Origin: Burkholderiales bacterium
GTDB taxonomy: Bacteria > Pseudomonadota > Gammaproteobacteria > Burkholderiales > Burkholderiaceae_C
Assembly: GCA_038236565.1 (NCBI GenBank)
Contig: JBBRZP010000001.1
Span: forward strand, 17,759-81,758
DNA length: 64,000 bases
Reading direction: 5' to 3'
The notes beneath the pieces are model-generated. The model ran no database searches, was not told where the DNA came from, and saw only the letters and a program-made list of their open reading frames with translations. Shown here piece after piece: positions 19,143-29,095 of the stretch (positions are counted from its first letter, which is position 1; each line of letters begins with the position of its first letter). The position numbers and the translations under genes were made by a program.

Positions 19143-20429
19143 TCAGTTCAAGCCGAGCAGGTGCGGCAGCCAGAGCGAGATCGCGGGCACGTAGGTGATC
19201 ATCAGGAGGACGATGAAAAGCGCCACGAAGAACGGCATCATCGCCCGCGTCACCGCGCCGATCGACAACTTGGCGACGGCGCTGCCGACGAAGAGGACGG
19301 TGCCGACCGGCGGCGTGATCAGGCCGATGCCCAGGTTGACCATCATGATCATGCCGAAGTGCACCGGGTCGACGCCGAGCGTCTTCACCACCGGCAGCAG
19401 GATCGGCGTCAGGATCAGGATCAGCGGCGACATGTCCATCAGGCAGCCGAGGACGAGCAGAAGCACGTTCACCAGCATCAGGATCACGAGCTTGTTGTCC
19501 GACACGCTGGTGAAGAAGGTCGTGACCTTGAGCGGGATCTGCATCAGCGTCATCACGTAGCCGAAAGCCGCCGCGAAGCCGATCAGGATCATCACGATGG
19601 TCACCGTCTTGACCGTGCGGTGGACGAGCTTGGGCAGGTCGCGCCAGCGGTAGTCGCGGTAGACGAACATCGTCACGAAGAAGGCCCAGACGACGGCGAT
19701 CGACGCCGACTCGTTGGCCGTGAAGACGCCCGACAAGATGCCGCCGAGGATGATGACCATCGTCATCAGGCCCCAGAGCGCCTCGATGCAGATCTTCAGC
19801 GCCTGGCGGAGCGGAATCACTTCGCCCTTGGGATAGTTCTCGCGGCGCGCGATGAAGAGGCAGAGGATGGCGAGCGTCAGGCCGAGCAGCAGGCCGGGCA
19901 GGACGCCAGCGACGAAGAGTGCGGCCACGGAGACGGAGCCACCGGCCGCGAGCGAATAGATCACCGCGTTGTGGCTCGGCGGGATCAGGATCGCCTGCAC
20001 CGAACCGCTCACCGTCACCGCGGTGGCGAAGTCGCGCGGGTAGCCCTTGCGCTCCATCTCCGGGATCAGCACCGAACCGATCGAAGCAGTGTCCGCGACC
20101 GACGAGCCGGAGATCGCGCCGAAGAAGGTCGAGGCGAGGATGTTGACGAGCGAGAGGCCGCCGCGGATGAAGCCGACCAGCACGCCTGCGAAGGCGACCA
20201 GGCGGCGCGCCATGCCGCCCTCGGCCATGATCGCGCCGGCGAGGACGAAGAACGGGATCGCGAGGAGCGAGAACTTGTTGACCCCGGCCGCCATCTGGAT
20301 CATCACCGCGTCGAGCGGCACCTCGATCCAGAGCGCGCCGGCGAGCGCGGCCAGACCGAGCGAGTACGCGACCGGCACGCCGACGACCATCAGCAGGAAG
20401 AAGCTGCCGAGCAGCACGAGCATGTCCAT
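19143..20429 (-). CDS. dctM: TRAP large permease DctM (uronate-locus associated)
   Basis: AIPFFVLAG, SGSSVAD, LIPPS, FTANES, ITPPVG. Confidence 0.92.
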   Translation of the reverse strand: MDMLVLLGSFFLLMVVGVPVAYSLGLAALAGALWIEVPLDAVMIQMAAGVNKFSLLAIPFFVLAGAIMAEGGMARRLVAFAGVLVGFIRGGLSLVNILASTFFGAISGSSVADTASIGSVLIPEMERKGYPRDFATAVTVSGSVQAILIPPSHNAVIYSLAAGGSVSVAALFVAGVLPGLLLGLTLAILCLFIARRENYPKGEVIPLRQALKICIEALWGLMTMVIILGGILSGVFTANESASIAVVWAFFVTMFVYRDYRWRDLPKLVHRTVKTVTIVMILIGFAAAFGYVMTLMQIPLKVTTFFTSVSDNKLVILMLVNVLLLVLGCLMDMSPLILILTPILLPVVKTLGVDPVHFGMIMMVNLGIGLITPPVGTVLFVGSAVAKLSIGAVTRAMMPFFVALFIVLLMITYVPAISLWLPHLLGLN

Positions 20430-20451
20430 GGTGCGGGCTTTTCGTTCGCTG

Positions 20452-21006
20452 TCAGCTCGGCGTGTCGAGCGCCGGCACGTCGGCCTCGACGATGTTGACG
20501 ACCGGCCGGTGCATCTGCGGCCCCAGCCACATCCGCTCGAGGACGAACAGCAGGGTGATGAAGCTGCCGATCGGGATCGCCGCGTAGGTCACGCCCACCG
20601 GCAGCCAGACGAGCTCGGCGATCGACTGGTGCCAGGTCTCGATGCACAGGCGCGTGCCGTAGAAGACGACGAACAGGCACGCCACCGCCATCAGGACGTC
20701 GACGAGGACCGCGCACGCGCTCTGCAGCGACACGGGCAGTCGCATCGTGAACATGTCGACGGCGATGTGGGCGTTGGCCCGGTAGGCGGCGGCGGCGCCG
20801 ACGAAGGTGAACACCATCATCAGCAGGATCGCGATCGGCTCGGGCCACTGCGAGCCCGTGCCCAGCACGTAGCGCGTGAACACGCCCCAGGGAATGATCA
20901 GCGACATGGCGAGGATCGCCATGCCCGCGCTCCAGATGCTGGCCAGGTAGAGCGCGTCGAGCGCGGCCGAGGCAGCCGCGCCGCGCGGGGCGCGCGCGGC
21001 GTTCAC
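20452..21006 (-). CDS. dctQ: TRAP small permease DctQ
   Basis: VFTRYVL...WPE, HIAVD, four TM segments. Confidence 0.88.
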   Translation of the reverse strand: MNAARAPRGAAASAALDALYLASIWSAGMAILAMSLIIPWGVFTRYVLGTGSQWPEPIAILLMMVFTFVGAAAAYRANAHIAVDMFTMRLPVSLQSACAVLVDVLMAVACLFVVFYGTRLCIETWHQSIAELVWLPVGVTYAAIPIGSFITLLFVLERMWLGPQMHRPVVNIVEADVPALDTPS

Positions 21007-21992
21007 TTCGTCGCTTCGATGCGCTTGATCAGCTCGCCGTAGGCCGCGCCGTACTTGGCGCGCACCGGCGCGGTCGCGTCGTAGAACGCCTTGTTGTCCA
21101 TCTGGATGAACTCGACGCCGGCGGCCTTCAGCTTCACGTCGTAGTCGGCGACGCTCTTGTCCCAGAGCGCGCGCTGCTCGAGCTGCGCCTCGCGCGCGAA
21201 CTTCTTCACCAGCGCCTGGTCGGCGGGCGAGAGCTTGTTCCAGGCGACCTTCGACATCACGAAGATCTCGGGGATGATGAGGTGGTTGGTCTGGCTGTAG
21301 TACTTCGCGCCGGTGCTGTAGTGGTTCGACGTGAAATAGCTCGGCGGATTGTTCTCGGCGCCGTCGACGACGCCGGTCTGCAGGGCGCTGAAGACCTCGC
21401 CGTAGCCCATCGAGATGCCGTTGCCGCCCATCGCGTTCATGGTGTCGACGAAGAGCGGGTTACCCATCATCCGGATCTTCTGGCCCTTCAGGTCGGCGGG
21501 CGTGCGCACCGGCTTCTTGGTGTAGAGGCTGCGCGAGCCGCCGTCCATCCAGCCGAGCGCGATCAGCTTGGCCGGCGAGGCGCTGATCTTGGCCAGCATC
21601 TCGTCGCCGATCGGGCCGTCGATGACGGCGCGCATGTGCGCCTCGTTGCGGAAAACGAACGGCATGTTGAAGACATTCACTTCGGGCACGACCGGGCCGA
21701 TCGGGCCGAGCGAGGTGCGCAGGATGTCGATCGCGCCGACCTGGGTCTGCTCGATCATCTCCTTCTCGCCTCCGAGCACGCCGCCCGGGAACATCTTCAG
21801 CTTGATGCGGCCGTTGGTCGCTTTCTCGAGCTTGTCGCCCATGTGCTCGATCGCGACGACGTTCGGATAGCCGGCCGGATGAACGTCGGCGGCCTTGAGG
21901 GTCATGGTCTGCGCGCTCGCGGCGCCGGCGAGGCCGGCGAAGGCGGCGGCAAGCGCCCAGGAGAGCGGGCGGAAGAGTTGGTGTGCGGTCAT
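21003..21992 (-). CDS. dctP: TRAP substrate-binding protein DctP (likely hexuronate/aldarate)
   Basis: AADVHPAGYPNV, GEKEMIEQ, DLKGQKIR, LQTGVVDGAENN; directly downstream of udh. Confidence 0.9.
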   Translation of the reverse strand: MTAHQLFRPLSWALAAAFAGLAGAASAQTMTLKAADVHPAGYPNVVAIEHMGDKLEKATNGRIKLKMFPGGVLGGEKEMIEQTQVGAIDILRTSLGPIGPVVPEVNVFNMPFVFRNEAHMRAVIDGPIGDEMLAKISASPAKLIALGWMDGGSRSLYTKKPVRTPADLKGQKIRMMGNPLFVDTMNAMGGNGISMGYGEVFSALQTGVVDGAENNPPSYFTSNHYSTGAKYYSQTNHLIIPEIFVMSKVAWNKLSPADQALVKKFAREAQLEQRALWDKSVADYDVKLKAAGVEFIQMDNKAFYDATAPVRAKYGAAYGELIKRIEATK

Positions 21993-22843
21993 GTCAGGTC
22001 TCCTTTGCTGTCGTAGGGGCCCCGGGTGACGAAGGCGCCCCCCTGGTGAATGGCTGCCGGATCGCGGCGATCCGGCAGCGGCTCGCGCGCCTCGAGGGCG
22101 GCGCGGAAGGGCTCGGAGCTGTCGCGTGGGCGATAGCCGACGTGCGAGGCGGACGTGTTGTCCCACCATGTCGTCGAGTTGTCCGACATCCCGTACACGA
22201 CGCTGTGGCCGACCATGGGTGCGGTCAGTGCAGCGACGACCAGGCGCTCGAGATCGTCGTAGCTGAGCCAGGTGGCGAGCATGCGCCGATCCTTCGGCTC
22301 GGGGAACGACGAGCCGATGCGCAGGCACACGGTCTCGATACCGTAGCGGTCGAAATAGAAGCGCGACAGGTTCTCGCCGAACGCCTTCGACAGGCCGTAG
22401 TGGCCGTCGGGCCGCATCGGCTCCAGCGGCGAGACGACCTGATCCTGGCGATAGAAGCCGGTCACGTGGTTGGAGCTGGCGAAGACGATGCGCCTCGTGC
22501 CGTGCCGGCGCGCCGCCTCGTACAGGTTCCAGACGCCGACGATGTTGGCCTGCAGGATCGGCCCGAACGGACCTTCGACGGAGACGCCGCCGAGGTGGAC
22601 GATCGCCGCCACGCCGTCGACAAGGGCGCTCACGGCGGCAGCCTCCTGCAGCGGCGTGACGACCGTCTCCTCGCCGTCACCAGCCGGGTCCATCGCCGCG
22701 ATGTCGCTCAGACGCAGGACGCGGCAGAGGCGCTTCAGGCGCGGCCGCAGGACGCGCCCGAGCCCGCCGGCGGCGCCCGTCAGGAGCAGGCGCTCGAAGG
22801 GCGGCGCGGGCACGGCCGGAGTCGGGGACGAAGAGGTCGCCAT
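21989..22843 (-). CDS. udh: Uronate dehydrogenase
   Basis: LLTGAAGGLG, HLGGVSVE, FASSNHVTGFY, PDGHYGLSK, RIGSSFPEPKDRRMLATWLS, QGGAF. Confidence 0.87.
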   Translation of the reverse strand: MATSSSPTPAVPAPPFERLLLTGAAGGLGRVLRPRLKRLCRVLRLSDIAAMDPAGDGEETVVTPLQEAAAVSALVDGVAAIVHLGGVSVEGPFGPILQANIVGVWNLYEAARRHGTRRIVFASSNHVTGFYRQDQVVSPLEPMRPDGHYGLSKAFGENLSRFYFDRYGIETVCLRIGSSFPEPKDRRMLATWLSYDDLERLVVAALTAPMVGHSVVYGMSDNSTTWWDNTSASHVGYRPRDSSEPFRAALEAREPLPDRRDPAAIHQGGAFVTRGPYDSKGDLT

Positions 22844-22904
22844 GGGCCGCGATGGTCGACGCGGACCGGCACCGCGCCAATCCGCGAAAGCGCTCTTGCG
22901 CACA

Positions 22905-22924
22905 GTTGTCTGATGTCGTACAAC
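22905..22924. promoter_or_regulatory. Putative GntR/FadR-type operator between divergent udh and regulator
   Basis: AT-richer palindrome GTTGT-CTGATGTCGT-ACAAC. Confidence 0.6.
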
Positions 22925-22951
22925 AGTTCGCGACCAAGGATTAAGACCTCC

Positions 22952-23680
22952 ATGAACGACTTCGCCCTCCTCGAACGACGCCGCCCGCGCAGCCTCGCGC
23001 TCGGAGTGGTCGAGGCGTTGTCGGACCGGATCCGCGACGGCCGCCTCGCGCCCGGCGGCAAGCTGGCGACCGAGGCTGCGCTGATGGCCGAGTTCGGGGT
23101 CAGCCGGACCGTCATCCGCGAGGCGCTCTCCAACCTGCAGGCATCGTCGCTGGTCGAGACGCGCCACGGCGTCGGCACCTTCGTCACCGGCCACGGCGAC
23201 TCCGCCGTCTTTCGCATCCGCTCCGACCAGCTCGCGACCGTGCGCGACGTGATCGCGATGCTCGAACTGCGCATCGGCGTCGAGACCGAGGCCGCCGGGC
23301 TCGCTGCGCAGCGCCGTACCGCCGCCAACCTCGACACGATGCGCGAGGCGCTCGCCGCCTTCACGCACGCGGTCGAGGCCGGCCACGACGCCGTCGGGCC
23401 TGACTTCCGCTTCCACCTCGAGATCACCCGCTCGACGCAGAACGCGCATTTCGAGAGCCTGGTGCAGACCTTCGGCACGGCGATCATCCCGCGCGCGCGG
23501 CTCGATCCTTCGGCCGCGTCGGTCGACGAGCGCCAGGCCTACCTGCGCCGCGTCAACGCCGAGCACGGCTCGATCCTCGACGCCATCGCCGGCAAGGACA
23601 GCGAGGCGGCGCGGGCAGCGATGCGCACCCATCTGGCGAACAGCCGCGAGCGGCGCCGGCGCGCCGCGAGCCTGCGCTGA
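22952..23680 (+). CDS. GntR/FadR family transcriptional regulator (GguR-like)
   Basis: wHTH E..LMAEFGVSRTVIREAL, HGVGTFV; FCD domain D..FH, EH..I..AI, AMRTHL. Confidence 0.9.
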   Translation: MNDFALLERRRPRSLALGVVEALSDRIRDGRLAPGGKLATEAALMAEFGVSRTVIREALSNLQASSLVETRHGVGTFVTGHGDSAVFRIRSDQLATVRDVIAMLELRIGVETEAAGLAAQRRTAANLDTMREALAAFTHAVEAGHDAVGPDFRFHLEITRSTQNAHFESLVQTFGTAIIPRARLDPSAASVDERQAYLRRVNAEHGSILDAIAGKDSEAARAAMRTHLANSRERRRRAASLR

Positions 23681-23692
23681 CCGAATCGTCCG

Positions 23693-25024
23693 ATGACCGA
23701 AGCCGACACGCCCCGCGTCGAGTCCGTCCGCTGCATCCCGGTCGCGGGCCACGACAGCATGCTGCTCAACCTGAGCGGCGCGCACGCACCGTTCTTCACC
23801 CGCAACCTGGTCGTCATCAGCGACACGGCCGGGCGCATCGGCGTCGGCGAAGTGCCCGGCGGCAGCGCCATCGCCAGCGTCGTGGCCGAGTCGCAAGCGC
23901 TCCTCGCCGGCCGCAGGATCGGCGAGCTGCGCGGCCTCCTGGCCGAGGTCGAACGCCGCTTCGCCGACCGCGACCGTGGCGGCCGCGGCGCCCAGACCTT
24001 CGATCTGCGAACCACCGTGCACGCCGTCACCGGCCTCGAGTCGGCCCTGCTCGACCTGCTCGGCCAGCACCTGGGCGTGCCGGTGTCGGCTCTCCTCGGC
24101 GAGGGCCGGCAGCGCGAGAGCGTGCCGGTGCTCGGCTATCTCTTCTACGTCGGCGACCGGCGCCGCGGCGATCTGCCGTACCGGCGCGACGCCGAGGGCG
24201 ACGACTGGATCGTGCAACGCGACGAGCCCGCGCTCGACGCCGCCGCGATCGTCCGGCTCGCCGAAGCCGCGCAGGCGCGCTACGGCTTCACCGACTTCAA
24301 GCTGAAGGGCGGCGTGCTCGCCGGCGACGCCGAGGTCGAGGCGGTGACGGCCCTGCACGAGCGCTTCCCGGAGGCACGCATCACGCTCGATCCGAACGGC
24401 TGCTGGTCGCTCGCCGAGGCGACGCGATTGATGCGCCCGTGCCGCGAGATCCTCGCCTATGCGGAAGATCCGTGCGGCGCCGAAGGAGGCCTCTCGGGCC
24501 GCGAGGTGATGGCCGAGTTCCGGCGCGCGACCGGCTTGCCGACGGCGACCAACATGATCGCCACCGACTGGCGCCAGCTGGTCCACGCGCTCTCGCTCCA
24601 GGCCGTCGACATCCCGCTCGCCGATCCGCACTTCTGGACCATGGCCGGCTCGGTGCGCGTCGCCCAGACCTGCCGCGACTGGGGCCTCACCTGGGGTTCG
24701 CACTCGAACAACCACTTCGATGTCTCGCTGGCGATGTTCACGCACGTCGCCGCGTCGGCGCCGGGCCGCATCACGGCGATCGACACGCACTGGATCTGGC
24801 AGGACGGCGAGCGGCTGACGAAGGAGCCGCTGCGGATCGAAGGCGGCGCGGTCCGCGTGCCGACCGCGCCGGGCCTGGGCGTCGAGCTCGACATGGACGA
24901 GGTCGCCCGCGCCCACGCGCTCTACCTCGAGCACGGCCTGGGCGCGCGCGACGACGCCGCGGCCATGCAGACCCTGATCCCCGGCTGGCGCTTCGACGCC
25001 AGGCGACCGGCGCTGGTGCGCTGA
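23693..25024 (+). CDS. gudD: Glucarate dehydratase
   Basis: [68 protein letters not shown]. Confidence 0.9.
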   Translation: MTEADTPRVESVRCIPVAGHDSMLLNLSGAHAPFFTRNLVVISDTAGRIGVGEVPGGSAIASVVAESQALLAGRRIGELRGLLAEVERRFADRDRGGRGAQTFDLRTTVHAVTGLESALLDLLGQHLGVPVSALLGEGRQRESVPVLGYLFYVGDRRRGDLPYRRDAEGDDWIVQRDEPALDAAAIVRLAEAAQARYGFTDFKLKGGVLAGDAEVEAVTALHERFPEARITLDPNGCWSLAEATRLMRPCREILAYAEDPCGAEGGLSGREVMAEFRRATGLPTATNMIATDWRQLVHALSLQAVDIPLADPHFWTMAGSVRVAQTCRDWGLTWGSHSNNHFDVSLAMFTHVAASAPGRITAIDTHWIWQDGERLTKEPLRIEGGAVRVPTAPGLGVELDMDEVARAHALYLEHGLGARDDAAAMQTLIPGWRFDARRPALVR

Positions 25025-25062
25025 GGCCCCCTTCACGACGAGACGACGGAGACGACCTGACC

Positions 25063-25620
25063 ATGACGACTGTCTTCCCGACCGCCCGTCGCGCGGCGCT
25101 GCTTGCCGGGCTGTCGTTGGCCTTCGCGCCGCACCTCGCGGGCATCGCGGGCGAGAAGGCGACGGGCGCGAAGTGGACCTACATCCCGTACAAGGGCGGC
25201 TCGCAGGCGATCGGCGACACGGTCGCCGACCAGACCCAGGTGGTCATGAACGGCATGCTCGCGACGCTCCCCTTCGTGCAGTCGGGCAAGCTCAAGGTGC
25301 TGGGCGTGTCGAAGGCGACGCGCGTGCCGCTACTGCCGGACGTGCCGACGATCGCCGAGCAAGGCGTTCCCGGCTTCGAGTCGGGCACCTGGCAAGGCCT
25401 GCTCGTGCCCGCCGGCACGCCGCCCGACGTCGTCGCGCGCCTCTCGGCCGAGCTGGCGCGGATCATCCGCTCGCCGGAGATCCGCTCGCGCCTCACGTTG
25501 CAGGGCGCCGAGGTCTACACGATGTCGCCGCCGGAGTTCGCCACGTTCTTCGCCAAGGAACAGAAGCGCTGGGCCGACGTCGTCGCCGGCGGCGGCGGCG
25601 GCGGCGTGAAGATCGAGTGA
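25063..25620 (+). pseudogene. Bug/TctC substrate-binding protein with in-frame internal deletion
   Basis: Signal peptide joined directly to PHLAG...IPYKGGSQA; 185 aa versus 322 aa for the intact Bug at 5138; PxxxGGxxD and ENxxGA motifs absent. Confidence 0.75.
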
Positions 25621-25636
25621 TTCCGAGGGAGAGACG

Positions 25637-26425
25637 ATGACCCGACCCGACGCCTACCGCGCCTTTCCGAACGCCTTCCGCAAGCGCCTGATCGCCGGCG
25701 AGACCCTGATCGGCTGCTGGTGCTCGCTCGCCAACCCGATCACCACCGAGGTGCTCGGCATCGCCGGCTTCGACTGGCTGCTGCTCGACGGCGAGCACTC
25801 GCCCAACGACGTCACCACCTTCATCCCGCAGCTGATGGCGCTGAAGGACAGCGCGAGCGCGCCGGTCGTGCGGCCGTCGTGGAACGAGCCGGTGGAGATC
25901 AAGCGGCTGCTCGACGCCGGCTTCTACAACTTCCTCGTACCCTTCATCCAGACCGCCGACGACGCGCGCCGCGCCGTCGCGGCAACGCGCTATCCGCCGG
26001 CCGGCATCCGCGGCGTCTCGGTCTCGCAGCGGAGCAACCGCTTCGGCACGGTGCCCGGCTACTTCCGCGACATCAACGAGCAGATCAGCGTGATGGTGCA
26101 GATCGAGAGCCGCGCCGGCCTCGCCGCCGCGGGCGAGATCGCAGCAGTCGACGGCGTCGACGGCATCTTCGTCGGCCCGTCCGACCTCGCAGCCGGCTTC
26201 GGCCACCTCGGCCACTCCGATCACCCGAGCGTGCAGGCGGCGATCGCACAGGTGTTCGACGTCGCCAAGGCGGCGGGCAAGCCGGTCGGCATCCTCGCGC
26301 CGGCCGAGGCTGACGCACGCCGCTACCTGGCGATGGGCGCGACCTTCGTCGCCGTCGGCAGCGACCTCGGCGTCTTCAGGAATGCGACGCAGCAGCTCCG
26401 TGACCGGTTCGCGCGAAGCGACTGA
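25637..26425 (+). CDS. garL: 2-dehydro-3-deoxyglucarate aldolase (HpcH/GarL)
   Basis: [54 protein letters not shown]. Confidence 0.9.
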   Translation: MTRPDAYRAFPNAFRKRLIAGETLIGCWCSLANPITTEVLGIAGFDWLLLDGEHSPNDVTTFIPQLMALKDSASAPVVRPSWNEPVEIKRLLDAGFYNFLVPFIQTADDARRAVAATRYPPAGIRGVSVSQRSNRFGTVPGYFRDINEQISVMVQIESRAGLAAAGEIAAVDGVDGIFVGPSDLAAGFGHLGHSDHPSVQAAIAQVFDVAKAAGKPVGILAPAEADARRYLAMGATFVAVGSDLGVFRNATQQLRDRFARSD

Positions 26426-26780
26426 GCCAGCCGAGCATCTCGTCGAGCTCGTTCGACTTGTCGAAGACCGTGGTCGCGCCGAGCTCCAGGCACTTGGCGC
26501 GCATCTCCGGCGTGGCGTGATTGCTGAGGACGATCCTCTTCGGCTCCTCTGACAGCGATGCGAGAGCTTTCAGGACGCCGAGGCCCGAGCCGCTTTTCAG
26601 GAAGATATCGATGATCACCAAGTCGCAGGCGTCGCGCTCGCGTTGCAGCCAGGCGATCGCGGCCGCTTCGTTGTCGGCGCAGCCTGCGATCTCGACCGAA
26701 GCGCTCTCGCGCAGAGCCTCGACCAGGTTCTCGCGGATGATCGAGCTGTCCTCGACGAGAAAGATCCTGACTGTTTCCAT
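26376..26780 (-). CDS. Single-domain response regulator (receiver)
   Basis: FLVEDS, LVIID (phosphoacceptor), GSG, VLSN, FDKS. Confidence 0.82.
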   Translation of the reverse strand: METVRIFLVEDSSIIRENLVEALRESASVEIAGCADNEAAAIAWLQRERDACDLVIIDIFLKSGSGLGVLKALASLSEEPKRIVLSNHATPEMRAKCLELGATTVFDKSNELDEMLGWLSRFARTGHGAAASHS

Positions 26781-26908
26781 CGGCCGATTCTGGAGGGGAG
26801 CACACGGGCGCGCCCATCGGCCTGCGCGCGAGGGCGCCGTCGGGATCGGCGAGCCGGTGAAGTCGGAATCGTCCCACGTCCGCGCCGTCGCTCGGGCGCG
26901 CCGCAGCT

Positions 26909-27922
26909 CTACGCCGTCCGGCCTTCGTAGCGGTCGCGGCCCTGCGAGAGGACGCGGATCTTGGCGTCGGCGATCGGGCGCTTGAGCATCCAGAAGCCAC
27001 AGTCGGGATGGATGTACTTCACCCGACCGGCGCCGAGCATCGCCTCCGCGCGCTCGATCGCGCGCGCCACCGCGTCGACGGACTCGACCTCGTTGGCCTT
27101 GATGTCGACGACGCCGAGGCCGAAGCCGATCTCGGGCCGGAGATCCTTGAACACCGCGAGCTCCTCGGGCGGCCGGTGCGCGCATTCGAGCACGACGTGG
27201 TCGGCATGGAGCGCGTTGAGGTAGCGCATCAGCTGCTCCCACGTGCCGTGCTGGACGCTCTGCCCACCGTAGTTGCCGAAGCACAGATGCACCGCCGCCT
27301 TGGTCTTCACCGCATCGAGCACCCGGTTGATCGCCGACGCCGCCCACTCCCACTCCTCGGGATGCCCGGGCAGGTTGGCCTCGTCGATCTGGACGACGTC
27401 GGCGTCGAGGTGCTTGACCTGCTGCGCGAGCACGTCGGCGAGCGCGTGGGCGAGCTCGGGCGTGTCCGCGTAGTGCCGGTTCAGGAGCGTCTTGGCCAGC
27501 ATGTGCGGGCCGGTGACGGTGAACTTGAAGGTGTGGGTGGCGAGCGCCGCCGCGCGCTGGCAGGCGAGCGGCAGGTCGAGCGTGCCGCTCGAGACCGGGC
27601 CCTCGACGACGCCGGGCGGGCGGGTGCGAAAGCGCATGCCCGGCAGCGACCGGTAGGCCATGACCTCGTCGAAAGTCATCTCGTAGCGCACGCCCTGCAT
27701 CGGCCGGACGAAGTACTCGATCATCCCGTTGGTCTCGGGATGGTTGATGTCGAAGCGGTACAGCTCGCCGTCGCAGACCACGTCGACGCCGGCCGACTCC
27801 TGGGTCGCGATGACGACCCGGGTCGCGTCGATCAGGCCCTGCTCGGACGGCGTCGCGACCAGCCACTCCGGCACCGGATAGGAGCCGACGACGGTCGTCT
27901 TGATGCGCGGCCCGGCGGTCAC
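26909..27922 (-). CDS. Cobalamin-independent methionine synthase II family (single-barrel MetE-like Zn enzyme)
   Basis: TTVVGSYP, DGE, TGPHML, QIDE, Zn ligands HLC...E...PDCG; no N-terminal MetE barrel. Confidence 0.82.
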   Translation of the reverse strand: MTAGPRIKTTVVGSYPVPEWLVATPSEQGLIDATRVVIATQESAGVDVVCDGELYRFDINHPETNGMIEYFVRPMQGVRYEMTFDEVMAYRSLPGMRFRTRPPGVVEGPVSSGTLDLPLACQRAAALATHTFKFTVTGPHMLAKTLLNRHYADTPELAHALADVLAQQVKHLDADVVQIDEANLPGHPEEWEWAASAINRVLDAVKTKAAVHLCFGNYGGQSVQHGTWEQLMRYLNALHADHVVLECAHRPPEELAVFKDLRPEIGFGLGVVDIKANEVESVDAVARAIERAEAMLGAGRVKYIHPDCGFWMLKRPIADAKIRVLSQGRDRYEGRTA

Positions 27923-27935
27923 GGTCGCGTCCTCC

Positions 27936-28934
27936 TCACTTCGTCATCTTGATCGAGCGGTCGAGAAACTCGTTGGTGTACGCGGTCTTCACGTCGTACG
28001 GCGCGTCGAGTCCGATGTAGGTCTTGACCAGCTCGTAGTCGGCGGCCATGCGCGCGTCGTCGAGAATGCCGAGCGCCGTGCCCTTCGAGTACTTGTCGCT
28101 CATCAACACCTCGACCAGCTTCCAGTTCTGCATCTCGTTGTCGAACTGGAGCGCGCCGTTGGCGTCGATCAGCGCCTGCACGCACGGGTTCGGCGTCGCG
28201 ACGCAGGCGGCGAACGCCTTCTGCGTCACCTTGACGAAGGCTGCGACCGTCGCCTTGTTCTTCTTCAGGTAGTCGCCGTTGACGATCACCGTGTTGCCGT
28301 AGGTATTGAGGCCCGCGTCCTTCCAGGCGACGAAGCCCAGGTCGTCGCCGAGCTCCTTCTGGAAGATGTGGTGGATGTTGTAGAACGAGGTCGTCGCGTC
28401 GATCGACTTCGCCTTCAGCGCGGCGAGCTTGGAGTTGGCGTCGATGTTGACCCACGTCACCGAATTCGCGTCGATGCCGTTGGCCTTGGCGAGCGCCGGC
28501 CAGATCGTGCGCGCACCGTCGCCGGCCGGGTTGCCGATCTTCTTGCCGGCGAGGTCCTTCACCGACTTGATGCCCGAGCTCTTCAGCCAGTAGAGGCCCT
28601 GCGGCGAGTTGGCGTAGACGTTGAAGACGCCGACGGTGTCGGCGCCCTTGCCGCGCAACGTCAGCGCATTGGGCATGTCGGCCAGGCCGATCTGGTTCGC
28701 GCCGGCGGCGACCTTCTGCACCGCCACGGCCGAGCCCTTGCCGGGCTCGAGGTTGACATCGAGGCCGGCGTCCTTGTACCAGCCCATCTTCTTGGCGTAG
28801 TAGTACGGCGCGTGGTCGCCGCCCGGCACCCAGTTGAGGATGAAGTCGATCTTTTGCTGGGCGAACGCGGGGGCGGCTGCCGCCGCGGCGGCAGCGGCGA
28901 CGGCGATCAGGGCGAGGCGGCGGAGCATGGGCAT
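27936..28934 (-). CDS. ABC transporter substrate-binding protein, NMT1/THI5-like
   Basis: Signal peptide, LNWVPGGDHAPYY.A..GWY...GLDV, GKGS, DLAGKKIG, YGN. Confidence 0.85.
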   Translation of the reverse strand: MPMLRRLALIAVAAAAAAAAAPAFAQQKIDFILNWVPGGDHAPYYYAKKMGWYKDAGLDVNLEPGKGSAVAVQKVAAGANQIGLADMPNALTLRGKGADTVGVFNVYANSPQGLYWLKSSGIKSVKDLAGKKIGNPAGDGARTIWPALAKANGIDANSVTWVNIDANSKLAALKAKSIDATTSFYNIHHIFQKELGDDLGFVAWKDAGLNTYGNTVIVNGDYLKKNKATVAAFVKVTQKAFAACVATPNPCVQALIDANGALQFDNEMQNWKLVEVLMSDKYSKGTALGILDDARMAADYELVKTYIGLDAPYDVKTAYTNEFLDRSIKMTK

Positions 28935-29095
28935 GTCGATTCCTGAAGACGTGGAGGCACCAGCGGTCAGTCTAGCGACGACCCCCGCGACGCCGGGAGA
29001 GCAATGACCCCGATGGATCGGCTGCGGCCGGGTCGCGGCCCTATGATCGGCGCGGCCTGTCAGCCCGGTCTTTCGCCACGTTCCGTCGCCCGCCG

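Noticed and set aside
21989-25036. 1015-aa minus-strand ORF (similarly 10631..13327, 11899..14451, 30725..33301, 54814..57426)
   Set aside because: High-GC shadow or read-through frames. Only the C-terminal parts are real genes (udh, MFS, lactonase, PhyH); 54814..57426 has no real part
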